A stretch of 64,000 nt of DNA from Anaerolineaceae bacterium (lineage in GTDB: Bacteria; Chloroflexota; Anaerolineae; Anaerolineales; Anaerolineaceae). The translations under genes and the position numbers were made by a program. Every line of letters starts with the position of its first letter. The first letter of the stretch is position 1. Positions 1 to 9,422 of this stretch are shown here, piece after piece. The stretch lies in NCBI GenBank assembly GCA_003563055.1, contig PWSY01000101.1, forward strand, positions 1,222 through 65,221. The letters run 5' to 3'. The notes beneath the pieces are model-generated. The model was given only the letters and a program-made list of their open reading frames with translations. It did no database searches and had not been told where the DNA came from.

Positions 1-101
1 CCAACAGAAAAAAGGCCCACTGCCAGAGAGAGGGTGACAAGCATAAAGCGCGGGATATTGCCCCACCAATCGGCCAACACCTTTCGCCAGCGAGGGTTCA
101 T
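1..101 (-). CDS. ABC transporter permease (FtsX/MacB-like), N-terminal fragment running off the window edge
   Basis: ATG at 101 overlaps the TGA of the upstream ATPase (ATGA). Translates MNPRWRKVLADWWGNIPRFMLVTLSLAVGLFSVG, a typical MacB/FtsX permease N-terminus. Not in the ORF track. Confidence 0.75.
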   Translation of the reverse strand, partial: MNPRWRKVLADWWGNIPRFMLVTLSLAVGLFSV

Positions 102-1216
102 CGTATCACTCCCTGCCCCCCACGGCCTTCTTTCGTTTTGCCCAGAACAGACCTTTTTATGCCATCCAGCATTCGCTCCTGACCGTCAGGCGTTGATTCA
201 AGGGCCTCATAAAGCGTATCTCGGGGTAGGACAGCCAGCCGGGTGGGGGAGGCTTGTGCATCAACTAAGCAATCACGTAGACCAATGGCTTCAATGATGC
301 CTAAACCAGCAAATTGACCTCCCGGTTTGAGTGTGATCTGGTAGCCAAACAGGGACACTCTTAATGCACCGCTTTCGACCACGATCCATTGATCTGAGAA
401 TCTACCATTAATATCCAGTCTGTCCCCACTTGATAAGGAAATCCTTTCAATCTTGTCATTGAGGTTCAGCAAGTCAGAATGGGGCATCCAGGGCAGGGTT
501 GCCACCAGAATGGGGTCAATCACACACCCATCTGCCAGCAGAATCTTCCTCGAGAGCCGTTGTTCAATTTCCGGGTCGTGGGTGATCATGATGATCGTGC
601 GTCCTTCAGCAGCCAGGTTCGTAAAGTGATCATAAACAGACTCGGCGGTTTTTACATCAAGGTTACCCGTAGGTTCATCTGCCACAATGATCTGTGGGTC
701 GTTGGCCAGCGCCCGCGCAATCGCGGCGCTTTGCTGCTGCCCAACAGACACAGCCCCGGGTAATTTATGCACCTCCCCCCCTAAACCAACCAGTTCCAGC
801 AGGGACATAGCCCGGCCCATGCGTTCTTCCGGTTTATAAACATCACAAAAGTCCATTGGGAGCAGCACATTCTCAGCCAGTGTCAACATCGGCAGCAGTT
901 GAAAGAACTGGAAAACCACACCGAGGTTCTTGCCTCGCCAACGTGCCTGTGCGCTCTCTTTCATGGCGTGAACGTCCAACCCGCCAACGATGACCTTCCC
1001 ACGGCTGGGATGGTCAATGCCGGTGAGCATATTGACCAAGGTCGATTTGCCGCTGCCAGATTTCCCAATCACACCGACAAACTCACCATCGAAAAAATCC
1101 AGCTGAACATCTATCAAAGCTGGGAACTCACCAGCTGCATTTTGAAAGATCTTGCTGACATTTTTGATCTCAATCAAAGGAACTCTATCCTCGGGAGTGC
1201 CAAATGGTGGGGTCAT
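98..1216 (-). CDS. ABC transporter ATP-binding protein (LolD/MacB type) with C-terminal cNMP-binding-like extension
   Basis: Walker A GKSGSGKS, Walker B IIVADEPTGNLD, H-loop ITHD. About 135 extra C-terminal residues (L..GD.L...WIVVESGALRV...LKPGGQFAG) resemble a CAP/cNMP fold. Confidence 0.85.
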   Translation of the reverse strand: MTPPFGTPEDRVPLIEIKNVSKIFQNAAGEFPALIDVQLDFFDGEFVGVIGKSGSGKSTLVNMLTGIDHPSRGKVIVGGLDVHAMKESAQARWRGKNLGVVFQFFQLLPMLTLAENVLLPMDFCDVYKPEERMGRAMSLLELVGLGGEVHKLPGAVSVGQQQSAAIARALANDPQIIVADEPTGNLDVKTAESVYDHFTNLAAEGRTIIMITHDPEIEQRLSRKILLADGCVIDPILVATLPWMPHSDLLNLNDKIERISLSSGDRLDINGRFSDQWIVVESGALRVSLFGYQITLKPGGQFAGLGIIEAIGLRDCLVDAQASPTRLAVLPRDTLYEALESTPDGQERMLDGIKRSVLGKTKEGRGGQGVIR

Positions 1217-1920
1217 TTTCTCTCCCGATTGTCACTGACAATTTGGCCATCTTCAATGCTGATCACGCGATGGACATGTTTGGCCAGTGAGCGGTCATGA
1301 GACACCATCAGGATGGTTTTTCCCTGAGCGATTAATTCATCAAAAATGCTGTAAATCGTTTCTGAAGTCACGGAATCAAGCCGGCCGGTTGGCTCATCAG
1401 CAAGGATCACGGCTGGGTCATTGGCCAAAGCGCGGGCGATCGCTACTCGCTGTTTCTGCCCGCCAGAGATGTGCCCGGGGAGTTTGTGGGCATGTTCGGC
1501 CAATTCAACACTTTCCAACAGCGCCATAGCCCGCTTTTCAGACCTGCCCTTTTGGTAACGCCCGCAAAAATCCATCGCCAGGGTGATATTGTCCCGTAAG
1601 GACAGCATCGGCAGCAGGTGAAATTCCTGGAAGATCACGCCCAGGTTCAACCCTCGCCATTGGGCTAATCTGTCTTCATTCAACTTGTGGACAGCTGTTC
1701 CATTGATAAAAACTTCACCCGAGCTAATTCCGTCCACACCACTGAGCATATTAATCAGGGTTGTCTTGCCTGCACCCGATTTCCCTATCACACCCACATA
1801 TTCCTGGGGGTGAACAACCAGGTCAATTACACGCAGGGCATCAAAAGATGTATCCCCGGTTTGATAAGTTTTAACCAGTCCACGCACCTGGATCAAGGGC
1901 ATCTGTTGGCTTAACGACAT
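1213..1920 (-). CDS. ABC transporter ATP-binding protein (LolD/MacB type)
   Basis: [36 protein letters not shown] at 1920 with AAGGA upstream; 4-bp overlap with the next gene. Confidence 0.9.
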   Translation of the reverse strand: MSLSQQMPLIQVRGLVKTYQTGDTSFDALRVIDLVVHPQEYVGVIGKSGAGKTTLINMLSGVDGISSGEVFINGTAVHKLNEDRLAQWRGLNLGVIFQEFHLLPMLSLRDNITLAMDFCGRYQKGRSEKRAMALLESVELAEHAHKLPGHISGGQKQRVAIARALANDPAVILADEPTGRLDSVTSETIYSIFDELIAQGKTILMVSHDRSLAKHVHRVISIEDGQIVSDNRERK

Positions 1921-1967
1921 CAATATCAATCCTTCTGAAGGGTTTGAAAGATGAGCAAGTTTGCATT

Positions 1968-2009
1968 ATAATGAACGTCAAGTTCATAAATGAACATCAT
2001 GTTCATTAT
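1968..2009. promoter_or_regulatory. Tandem palindromic TetR operator sites
   Basis: ATGAAC-gtcaa-GTTCAT (1971-1987) and ATGAAC-atcat-GTTCAT (1990-2006) between the divergent tetR and ABC operon; extra half-site GTTCAT at 2055-2060. Confidence 0.75.
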
Positions 2010-2092
2010 TTTAAATATTACCCAAAACATGTCAAGGATCAAATCAGTCTTGATGTTCATAATTAGACAATTGTTCAAGAAAGAGCCCCGCA

Positions 2093-2707
2093 ATGCCATC
2101 CTTTGAAAAAGACCGTCGGGTTAAGCGCACCCGGCGCGCCCTCCAAAATGCCCTGATCCATTTGATCCTGGAAAAAGGATATGAAGCGGTAACCATTGAA
2201 GAAATCACCAACCAGGCAGATCTGGGTCGGACAACTTTTTACCTCCATTTCAGAGACAAAGAAGATCTCTTCATCCAGACCATCGACACCATCTGTGAAG
2301 ACTTTATCAAAGAACATGAGTCCCTCCTTTCACTGCAGGATACTTTCCCTCATAAAGATCACCAACGTCGGTTTGCCCCTGATGAACGCATATTAACCCA
2401 AATCTTCACCCATGCCCGGCAGAATGCCGACCTTTACAGGGTCATGCTGCGGAGTGATGGCGCTAGTAAAGCATCTCAACGGTTTTCCACCATTATCCAG
2501 AACGAAACCATCAAACGTTTAAAGAGGTTGCAGGGAATCGGCCTAAAAGTACCAGATGAGGTCTTTGCCGCTTTTTTCTCCGGCACCTTGATTGAGTTGG
2601 TCACCTGGTGGTTGGAAAATGATCAGCCCTACACCATTAAAGCCATGGTTGGTTTTTATCAGCAATTGTTCACCCGGGGTGCACTCGACACCGTCATATT
2701 AAAATGA
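2093..2707 (+). CDS. TetR/AcrR family transcriptional regulator
   Basis: N-terminal DRRVKRTR...GYEAVTIEEITNQADLGRTTFYLHF HTH; divergent from the ABC operon. Confidence 0.93.
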   Translation: MPSFEKDRRVKRTRRALQNALIHLILEKGYEAVTIEEITNQADLGRTTFYLHFRDKEDLFIQTIDTICEDFIKEHESLLSLQDTFPHKDHQRRFAPDERILTQIFTHARQNADLYRVMLRSDGASKASQRFSTIIQNETIKRLKRLQGIGLKVPDEVFAAFFSGTLIELVTWWLENDQPYTIKAMVGFYQQLFTRGALDTVILK

Positions 2708-2756
2708 GAACATAAACAACATCGATAAATTACCTCTCTTTTCAGGAGAAAAGCTT

Positions 2757-3455
2757 GTGACTCCCTTACATGAGACCATATCCTATCCAGAAGCCCGTTC
2801 AACAGCCTTCTTTTTTCACCGCCAGGTTTGGCACCTTTTAGCCTTGTTGATCCTGGTGCCCACTACGTGGTGGCTCGCATCTCCCTGGTTGGGCGAACAT
2901 GACACAGGCTGGTTTTGGCTGGCCCTTGGCATCCCCATCGCGCATCAGGTGGTGGTCTGGATGGTGTTTCGCGCTCAACTGGGTTGGGGGACACTGACGA
3001 AAGTCTTTGGTCGTGCGGATATGATCGTATGGGGGGTGTTGTTCCTGCCACTCATGATTGCCAGATTGCTGTCTACAGCTGCCCTGGCCCATGCCACCCA
3101 AGGGACCCTCCCTCTGCCCACCGTCCTGACCACCATCCTGGCGGTGCTGATATTAATCCCCGCCATCTATACGGGCTGGTCGGTGGTCAAATACTTTGGG
3201 CTGCTCAGGGCCATGGTGGGCGACCATTTCAGAATCAAGTATCGGCAAATGCCACTAGAAAAGCGGGGCATCTTTAAGTACTCAAATAATGCTATGTACA
3301 GCTTCGGATTCCTGATCCTTTGGGCAATCGCCTTGTTGGGACAGTCCATCCCGGCGTTAGTCGTGGCCGGCTTTCAACATGCCTACATCTGGGTCCATTA
3401 CTACTGCACAGAAAAGCCAGACATGGACATCATCTTTCGCGAAGAAAATGACTAA
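2757..3455 (+). CDS. Integral membrane phospholipid methyltransferase-like protein (PEMT/ICMT superfamily)
   Basis: Multiple TM segments; C-terminal GDHF...RGIFKYSNNAMYSFG...E motif; GTG start with AGGAG RBS. Confidence 0.7.
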   Translation: MTPLHETISYPEARSTAFFFHRQVWHLLALLILVPTTWWLASPWLGEHDTGWFWLALGIPIAHQVVVWMVFRAQLGWGTLTKVFGRADMIVWGVLFLPLMIARLLSTAALAHATQGTLPLPTVLTTILAVLILIPAIYTGWSVVKYFGLLRAMVGDHFRIKYRQMPLEKRGIFKYSNNAMYSFGFLILWAIALLGQSIPALVVAGFQHAYIWVHYYCTEKPDMDIIFREEND

Positions 3456-3617
3456 CCAGGAGTCCGTTCCAGCGATACACAATAGCGGATTGGGGTAACA
3501 GACACCTTTAAAACATGACGATCAAAAACCAGTGACCAACTGAATAAACCCAATGCATGCCCGCCTGATGATTTGTCCATTCTGGGGCGCAGTCTGAGAA
3601 TTTGCGGATTGAAAATG

Positions 3618-6227
3618 TTAATCTAATTTCACACGGAAATACCCAACATAACACGATGAACCCCGGTAATTTCCTTCCTCTGTCTTAAATGACACATTAA
3701 AAGTGCCTATTATCGAATCGGGTGGATCCCAAAATTGTGGGCTCACTTCACCCACAAAACTGATGCGAGATTCTGCAGATAAATCCTCAGACCAATAAAA
3801 CCTTCCATCCGTCCCGAATTTGATCTGCTGTCCGTTAGCATAGTACTGATCGCCTAGCTGTGTTATTGTAACAGTGTATGGATCTTCCTCCGGCACTTCC
3901 TCTTTCTCTATCATAAAGCACTCTGCATAGCGATTACGATCCCACCCAATGCCCCCTTGATAAGTGCCCGGCTTGATTAGCGATGTAGAACCCATCTCAA
4001 TTCGCATTTCCCCGGGATCATAGGTGATTTCTACACTTACACTTTGGCTCGCTGGTTCAGAAATCCCCGTGGTGTTGAACAGGATCATTTCTAGATCAGA
4101 AAACCGAGTCACATCGAGTGTTAATGAATCCCTGAAACCCCTTTGAAGATAGTTTGTTTGACCTGCCAGTGTCTCCCAGTCATCCTTTTCTACATCAAAC
4201 CCATACACCATCACGGCGCCCCAATCTGGCCGAATGGTGACCTGGGTGTTTTCTTGCCAGAATACGCTTTCCCTGGGCAGCTCAAAATGAAAAAAATGAG
4301 CCGTCATGCTGGATGGCAACACAACCGTGACCACAACCCATGGTGGTTCAACCAAAACCCCATCCTGGATTTTCCCGTCAATTTTACTGATTTCGATCCT
4401 CTCTCTGCCATGGCGGGTGATCCTATCCCCGTTAAAGGTCAGGACTTTGTCCCTGATTTCAAGGAAGAGTGTCCGATTTAAATAGTACTGGTAATTGGGG
4501 GTATCAAAAAGGTCGGCTGATAATCGATCAGGAAAATAGAACAAGGTTTCCAAAAAATCAGGGAAGAGGATGCTCATCGACGTCCCCTCAAGTTGAGCGG
4601 CAAAAACCAACGCGTCCCTCCCACTGATCACGCCCCGAGATTGGTAAGCATCCCTGATGGAATCCGGCCCAAACCTGTTCACAAAATAACGCACAAACCA
4701 GCTGGCGCCATAGCCAGCATTCTCTGTATTGGATCCACCAGAATCCATAAAGAACCAGTCTCTTCGATAAAAATCCATATTGACCAAGGCCTGATGAGGA
4801 AGCCAATCGGGGTCTCCACAAGCACGCGATTCATACCAGGTTGCAAGGGCTTCATCCAGCATATACCAGGCATCCTGGCGTCCGTACAGGAACCGGTGAC
4901 CATCTCTTCGAATGTGTGCCATCATCTGGGCATGGTGCATCAGTTCATGACCAATCGTTGCCGTCAGTGTTTGAAAATCGCTTTCTAACGCGGAAGCATA
5001 CAGGGTAATAGATGGCCCGCCTAAACCATAGGCATATAAGGCATCATGACCATCATCCGAATGATCTTCACGAACATGAACAGAGATCACATAATCCCCC
5101 CATCTGGCGCGCCAATCCCACTCCCATCCTAAAGAAATCAAGTCTGCTCTCGAAGACTCGAGCGCCTGCACAATTATGTCGACTCGCTCGACATCTTGCT
5201 CTGGTAAGTAACGCGGCACAATCAAGGCAAAATTATCTGTCTCGATCGTCCTAATTGAATAGAAGGCGTCATGTCGTTTGACCTGCCAAGAAAAACGCTG
5301 AACAGGTGCTTCTTCATTTTCAGAGCTGATCCGACTGTGTTGTCCCAGTGAGGCACTTCGAAGATGGTCGTAATAGGTTGAATCAACCATTTCTGAAATA
5401 TCAACCGTCAGTATTGCCAAGTTGTTGTCCAGGTCAAACAAAGCTTCCTGAGGTATTTCTTGGATTGTGAAAGTGTTTAAAGAAGGCGCATATCCCGATG
5501 AGCCAAAATAAAAGACCAACGTTTCGTTTGCCTGAGGATGATTACCTGGTGATGAAGCCAATAGGTCTTGCGGCAGGGTAAGGAAGACCTGAATCTCACC
5601 TTCAAAGTCAAAGGGAATACCACCGACTTCAAAAAGGCTGCTGTGACTCTCAATACCCGTACCAAGAGGGGTGTCAAATTCCGTCAGGCTTAGGGTGGTG
5701 GCTGACGAAAGGTTATTCGGCCTAATCTGTATGGATAAATCACCAATTTCATAAGTGCCGCCATCTTTTTCCAGGGTGACAGTGTGAGACTGGATCACGC
5801 TTCGTTGTGGAGATGACCCAACAAATATTCCTAAACTTATCAGACCAAAAAATCCCAGTACAAGCACCACACATACTGCCAGTACCACAGGTATGGCGAT
5901 ACAGCCAAGGATATGCCAAGTTCTCGCTGATTTATCTTTTTGTGGTGGGTGTTCGTAAGCAACAGAAGGTGACCGATTCTGTATGTTAATCTGGTTTTCT
6001 TTCAATGCGGTTGGGCCAGATAACATCGGCGGGTTAGAAGCCTGCCAATACCCAAGATCAAACACATGCCATTGGCCTGTATAGACCTGAATCTTCCATG
6101 TCCTGCCACTACCATCGATTACACTGATTTGATTGACAGCATCTTGGTAATCTTGATCTGGAATGCGGCCAGCGCGCCGTTCTTCTTCCAGAAAACGAAA
6201 TCGGTTTTCTGCTTCCTGAAATTGCAC
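3618..6227 (-). CDS. Large membrane-anchored protein with HEXXH zinc metallopeptidase-like domain
   Basis: AGGAGG 6 nt before GTG at 6227 (ORF open to 6266). Trp-rich N-terminal domain, one TM (ILGCIAIPVVLAVCVVLVLGFFG), and GHELMH...WYMLDEALATWYE (HEXXH plus downstream E). Confidence 0.65.
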   Translation of the reverse strand: MQFQEAENRFRFLEEERRAGRIPDQDYQDAVNQISVIDGSGRTWKIQVYTGQWHVFDLGYWQASNPPMLSGPTALKENQINIQNRSPSVAYEHPPQKDKSARTWHILGCIAIPVVLAVCVVLVLGFFGLISLGIFVGSSPQRSVIQSHTVTLEKDGGTYEIGDLSIQIRPNNLSSATTLSLTEFDTPLGTGIESHSSLFEVGGIPFDFEGEIQVFLTLPQDLLASSPGNHPQANETLVFYFGSSGYAPSLNTFTIQEIPQEALFDLDNNLAILTVDISEMVDSTYYDHLRSASLGQHSRISSENEEAPVQRFSWQVKRHDAFYSIRTIETDNFALIVPRYLPEQDVERVDIIVQALESSRADLISLGWEWDWRARWGDYVISVHVREDHSDDGHDALYAYGLGGPSITLYASALESDFQTLTATIGHELMHHAQMMAHIRRDGHRFLYGRQDAWYMLDEALATWYESRACGDPDWLPHQALVNMDFYRRDWFFMDSGGSNTENAGYGASWFVRYFVNRFGPDSIRDAYQSRGVISGRDALVFAAQLEGTSMSILFPDFLETLFYFPDRLSADLFDTPNYQYYLNRTLFLEIRDKVLTFNGDRITRHGRERIEISKIDGKIQDGVLVEPPWVVVTVVLPSSMTAHFFHFELPRESVFWQENTQVTIRPDWGAVMVYGFDVEKDDWETLAGQTNYLQRGFRDSLTLDVTRFSDLEMILFNTTGISEPASQSVSVEITYDPGEMRIEMGSTSLIKPGTYQGGIGWDRNRYAECFMIEKEEVPEEDPYTVTITQLGDQYYANGQQIKFGTDGRFYWSEDLSAESRISFVGEVSPQFWDPPDSIIGTFNVSFKTEEGNYRGSSCYVGYFRVKLD

Positions 6228-6536
6228 TATCTGCCTCCTGCTGAGGTAATGCTGAGAGAGCTTCATCTAAATTCTTGATCAAATAATCCTAACATATTTT
6301 TGTGAGACCCATTGGGTACATCTCTATTCTTTTTACATAACCAATCAAATTGTACTTTTGCCACAGAAGATGTGAGGTGGCGTAGTATAGTGATTTGAGA
6401 ATAGATCGCCGCAATAAGGTGACAAAGATGAAGCAGCTAACCCAGCTAATCGATCAAACTCAATCAGTAGACGCCTACCCTATCTTAATCTATAATATAA
6501 AATAATCATTCACTTCTACCCACCATAGGAGGAAAC

Positions 6537-7526
6537 ATGACCCGTAAATCACTTGGTTTTATCCCGTTGATCTGGGAATGCGCTTTTTGCAGTACCCAGA
6601 ATCCCGGACCCATTAAGTCCTGCACCGGCTGTGGGGCACCGCAGCCCGATGATGTCGAATTTCTCCAGGTTGACCAGGAGCGATTTGATTTCATCAAAGA
6701 CGAAGCCCTTATCCGGATGGCAAAAGCGGGACCAAACATCCATTGTCCATTTTGCGGTACCCGCAACCTTGCCACTGACGAACTATGTAAAAAATGTGGC
6801 GGCGAAATCAGCATGGGTGGTAAAGCACGCCAGGCCGGCGGACGGGTTCGCACACAGGCTGAAGCTCAACAACGCACCCCGCCCCCTGTCGAAGAACCCA
6901 AGAAAAAGAAAAGCCCCCTCATCCCAATCGCGATATTACTGGTCATTATCGCCTGCATGGTCGGTTTCTTTTTGATCTTCTTCAGGACAGATGATGTCTC
7001 TGCCAGCGTAACAGGCGTCCAGTGGGAACGAACCATCGCAGTCGAAGCTTACACAAGCATCACTGACAGCGATTGGCGGGATGAAATTCCAGAAGGGGCT
7101 TCAGTGAGAACCTGCTCGATGAAGTATCGGTATACCTCCGAAGAACCACAGCCCAATGCAACAGAAGTTTGTGGTGAACCGTACGTTGAAGATACAGGCA
7201 CCGGTGTCGGTGAAGTTGTCCAGGATTGCGAGTATGAAGTTTACGATGATTACTGTGAATACACCACCATGGACTGGGTGGTCGTGGAGAGCATCACATC
7301 ATCCGGGGAGGATTATTCGCCTGATTGGCCTGTGTTAAACCTGACCAGCGATCAGCGTGAGGGCGACAGGCAAGAACAATACCGAATTTCGTTTTCAGGG
7401 AACGGCGAAACTTACACCTATACCACCTCCAGTGAACAGCTTTTCCAATCAGCCAATATTGGCAGTAAATGGAACTTGAGCATTAATCAATTGGGCGGTG
7501 TCCAATCTATTGAACCTTCCAATTAA
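6537..7526 (+). CDS. Zinc-ribbon (RanBP2-like CxxC repeats) membrane protein
   Basis: AGGAGG RBS; WECAFC..N......CTGCG and CPFCGTRN......CKKCG; single TM; acidic, Cys-containing external domain. Confidence 0.8.
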   Translation: MTRKSLGFIPLIWECAFCSTQNPGPIKSCTGCGAPQPDDVEFLQVDQERFDFIKDEALIRMAKAGPNIHCPFCGTRNLATDELCKKCGGEISMGGKARQAGGRVRTQAEAQQRTPPPVEEPKKKKSPLIPIAILLVIIACMVGFFLIFFRTDDVSASVTGVQWERTIAVEAYTSITDSDWRDEIPEGASVRTCSMKYRYTSEEPQPNATEVCGEPYVEDTGTGVGEVVQDCEYEVYDDYCEYTTMDWVVVESITSSGEDYSPDWPVLNLTSDQREGDRQEQYRISFSGNGETYTYTTSSEQLFQSANIGSKWNLSINQLGGVQSIEPSN

Positions 7527-7537
7527 GGTCTGAATTA

Positions 7538-7546
7538 TGCTATAAT
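7538..7546 (+). promoter_or_regulatory. Extended -10 promoter (TGnTATAAT) of the peroxiredoxin operon
   Basis: TGCTATAAT 44 nt upstream of the ATG at 7590; GGAGGA RBS downstream. Confidence 0.6.
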
Positions 7547-7589
7547 TCCACAGTTATCACTAATCTTTTACCTTTTGGAGGAATAAAAA

Positions 7590-8138
7590 ATGGAACTGTA
7601 CGAATATGCAAAAGTTGGCGAGCCAGCACCTTATTTTGAAATGCTGAGCACCAAGAACATGGAAACACTGCAAGAAACCGTCTCTCTGGATGACTACAAA
7701 GGGAGATGGCTGATCCTATTCTTCTACCCCTACGACTTCACCTTTGTCTGCCCCACCGAGATTCTCGCACTATCAGATCGTTATGAGGAATTCCAGGAGC
7801 TGGATACGGATATTCTGGGTGTATCAACAGATTCGGTTTTTTCCCACCGTGCCTGGCTGCAAACGCCCATCTCAGAAAATGGTATCGAAGGGACAAAATA
7901 CCCCCTGGCCTCAGATAACACCCATGTGGTCGCAGAGGCTTACGGCGTTCTGGTCGAAGAAGAGGGCGCAGCCCTGCGTGGTTTATTCATCATTGACCCG
8001 GAAGGTATTTTACAATATTCAGTGGTGCATAACATGAACATTGGGCGCAGTGTTGACGAAACCCTCCGGGTACTCGAAGGCCTGCAAGCTGGTGGCCTGT
8101 GTGGGGCCAACTGGGAGCCGGGCCAGGACTTACTTTGA
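7590..8138 (+). CDS. ahpC: 2-Cys peroxiredoxin (AhpC/Prx1; B. subtilis YkuU/AhpA-like)
   Basis: FFYPYDFTFVCPTE peroxidatic motif; GRSVDETLR; resolving GGLCGANW. Confidence 0.93.
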   Translation: MELYEYAKVGEPAPYFEMLSTKNMETLQETVSLDDYKGRWLILFFYPYDFTFVCPTEILALSDRYEEFQELDTDILGVSTDSVFSHRAWLQTPISENGIEGTKYPLASDNTHVVAEAYGVLVEEEGAALRGLFIIDPEGILQYSVVHNMNIGRSVDETLRVLEGLQAGGLCGANWEPGQDLL

Positions 8139-8154
8139 TACGGAGGGATTTCTC

Positions 8155-8598
8155 ATGCCTATGCGTCTAAAAACGCCGATGCCCTCCCTGGAGGGTATCA
8201 CCGAATGGGTCAACAGCGAACCTGACCTGGAGGGCAGTCAAGGTAAACCGCTGCTAATTTATTTTTGGGCATCGAGCTGCCATATCTGTCATGATAATAT
8301 GCCTGTTTTGCAGAGCTGGCGCGAAAAGTACACCTCTAAGGGACTCCAAATGATCGCCATCCATTGTCCAAGGATGAAATCTGATACTGACTTTGAAAAG
8401 GTTAAAGCCGCGATTGAAGAATGCGGGATCGTGGAATCTTGTGGGATCGATAATATGCACCAGGCAAAAAAGGCCTTTGACAATGACCTGTGGCCCGCTT
8501 ATTTCATTTTTGACGAAGAACGCAAACTAAAACGGCGCGCGGCAGGCAAGGCTGGTCTGGCAATGCTGGAACCCATCCTTGAGAAAATGTTTGAATAA
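8155..8598 (+). CDS. Thioredoxin-like thiol-disulfide oxidoreductase (YkuV/AhpT-like)
   Basis: GGAGG RBS before ATG 8155; MRLKTPMPSLEG, FWASSCHIC, AIHCPR, WPAYFIFD resemble B. subtilis YkuV, which also follows its peroxiredoxin. Confidence 0.85.
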   Translation: MPMRLKTPMPSLEGITEWVNSEPDLEGSQGKPLLIYFWASSCHICHDNMPVLQSWREKYTSKGLQMIAIHCPRMKSDTDFEKVKAAIEECGIVESCGIDNMHQAKKAFDNDLWPAYFIFDEERKLKRRAAGKAGLAMLEPILEKMFE

Positions 8599-8627
8599 AT
8601 TTTAACCCTTTACCTCTGGATTAAGAT

Positions 8628-8660
8628 AAGGCTGCCCCAAAATAAGGGGTAGCCTTTTAT
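8628..8660 (+). terminator. Intrinsic terminator between convergent genes
   Basis: AAGGCTGCCCC-aaaataa-GGGGTAGCCTT followed by TTATATTT. Confidence 0.75.
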
Positions 8661-8662
8661 AT

Positions 8663-9421
8663 TTACGGGTTCAGTTGAGATGCTGCCCTGATAATTTCCT
8701 CACCGGCGATCATTTCAATATGCTGCCCGGGTTGCAGGATGAGAAAATTTTCATCCCAGTCACCTGCGAGCAAACGCTTAATCAAAACCAGGCTGCCTGA
8801 AAGGGTTTCAAACCGCCATCCACGTCGGTTTGCATCCTCAATAGCCCTGCTTGCGACAACATCTCCCGAGCCAACACCCATATCAATAAAAGCAGCACGT
8901 TCGTAATGCTCAGCCCACGCGCCCATAACCGCCATCAGGTATTCCGCATTATCCCGGCCATACTTTTCGACATAGTCTTCATAGAGCGCTTCGGAATCCA
9001 CAGCGGTGTTCGCCCCAATAGCCAGAGGGATATCTTCAGATTCACTCCGTTCCAAATAATCCTGGACATACCAGTAAGTCCCCGGGCAGGCAGCAAATTG
9101 TTGATTATAGCGTTCTCGACCGCCTAAAAACAAGGTGATGCAATCATGAGCCCGTGGAATGATCAGTGGCAGATTACCAGCCCGCAGTCCATCCGTGGCC
9201 TTGCCACATAAACCATACACCAGTACAACCGCATCATACAGGGTTAATTCATCTGCCTTATCAATATGCGCTTGCAGGGCTTCTCGTAATTTGTGGGGCG
9301 TTAAATGCAACCCAAAGCGTTCCAGGGTGACATCCACAATACAGGGAGAATACGCTGCGCTCAGGTACACTGGCCTCGCCAGGGCATCACAGGCAATGCA
9401 TTTTAGGCGCTTGGGAGGCAT
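8663..9421 (-). CDS. DUF1638 domain protein
   Basis: Likely start MPPKRLKCIACDAL at 9421, right after the upstream stop; GLH..P..L, YGLCG, PRAHDCITLFLG and GTYWY motifs. Confidence 0.8.
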   Translation of the reverse strand: MPPKRLKCIACDALARPVYLSAAYSPCIVDVTLERFGLHLTPHKLREALQAHIDKADELTLYDAVVLVYGLCGKATDGLRAGNLPLIIPRAHDCITLFLGGRERYNQQFAACPGTYWYVQDYLERSESEDIPLAIGANTAVDSEALYEDYVEKYGRDNAEYLMAVMGAWAEHYERAAFIDMGVGSGDVVASRAIEDANRRGWRFETLSGSLVLIKRLLAGDWDENFLILQPGQHIEMIAGEEIIRAASQLNP

Positions 9422-9422
9422 T

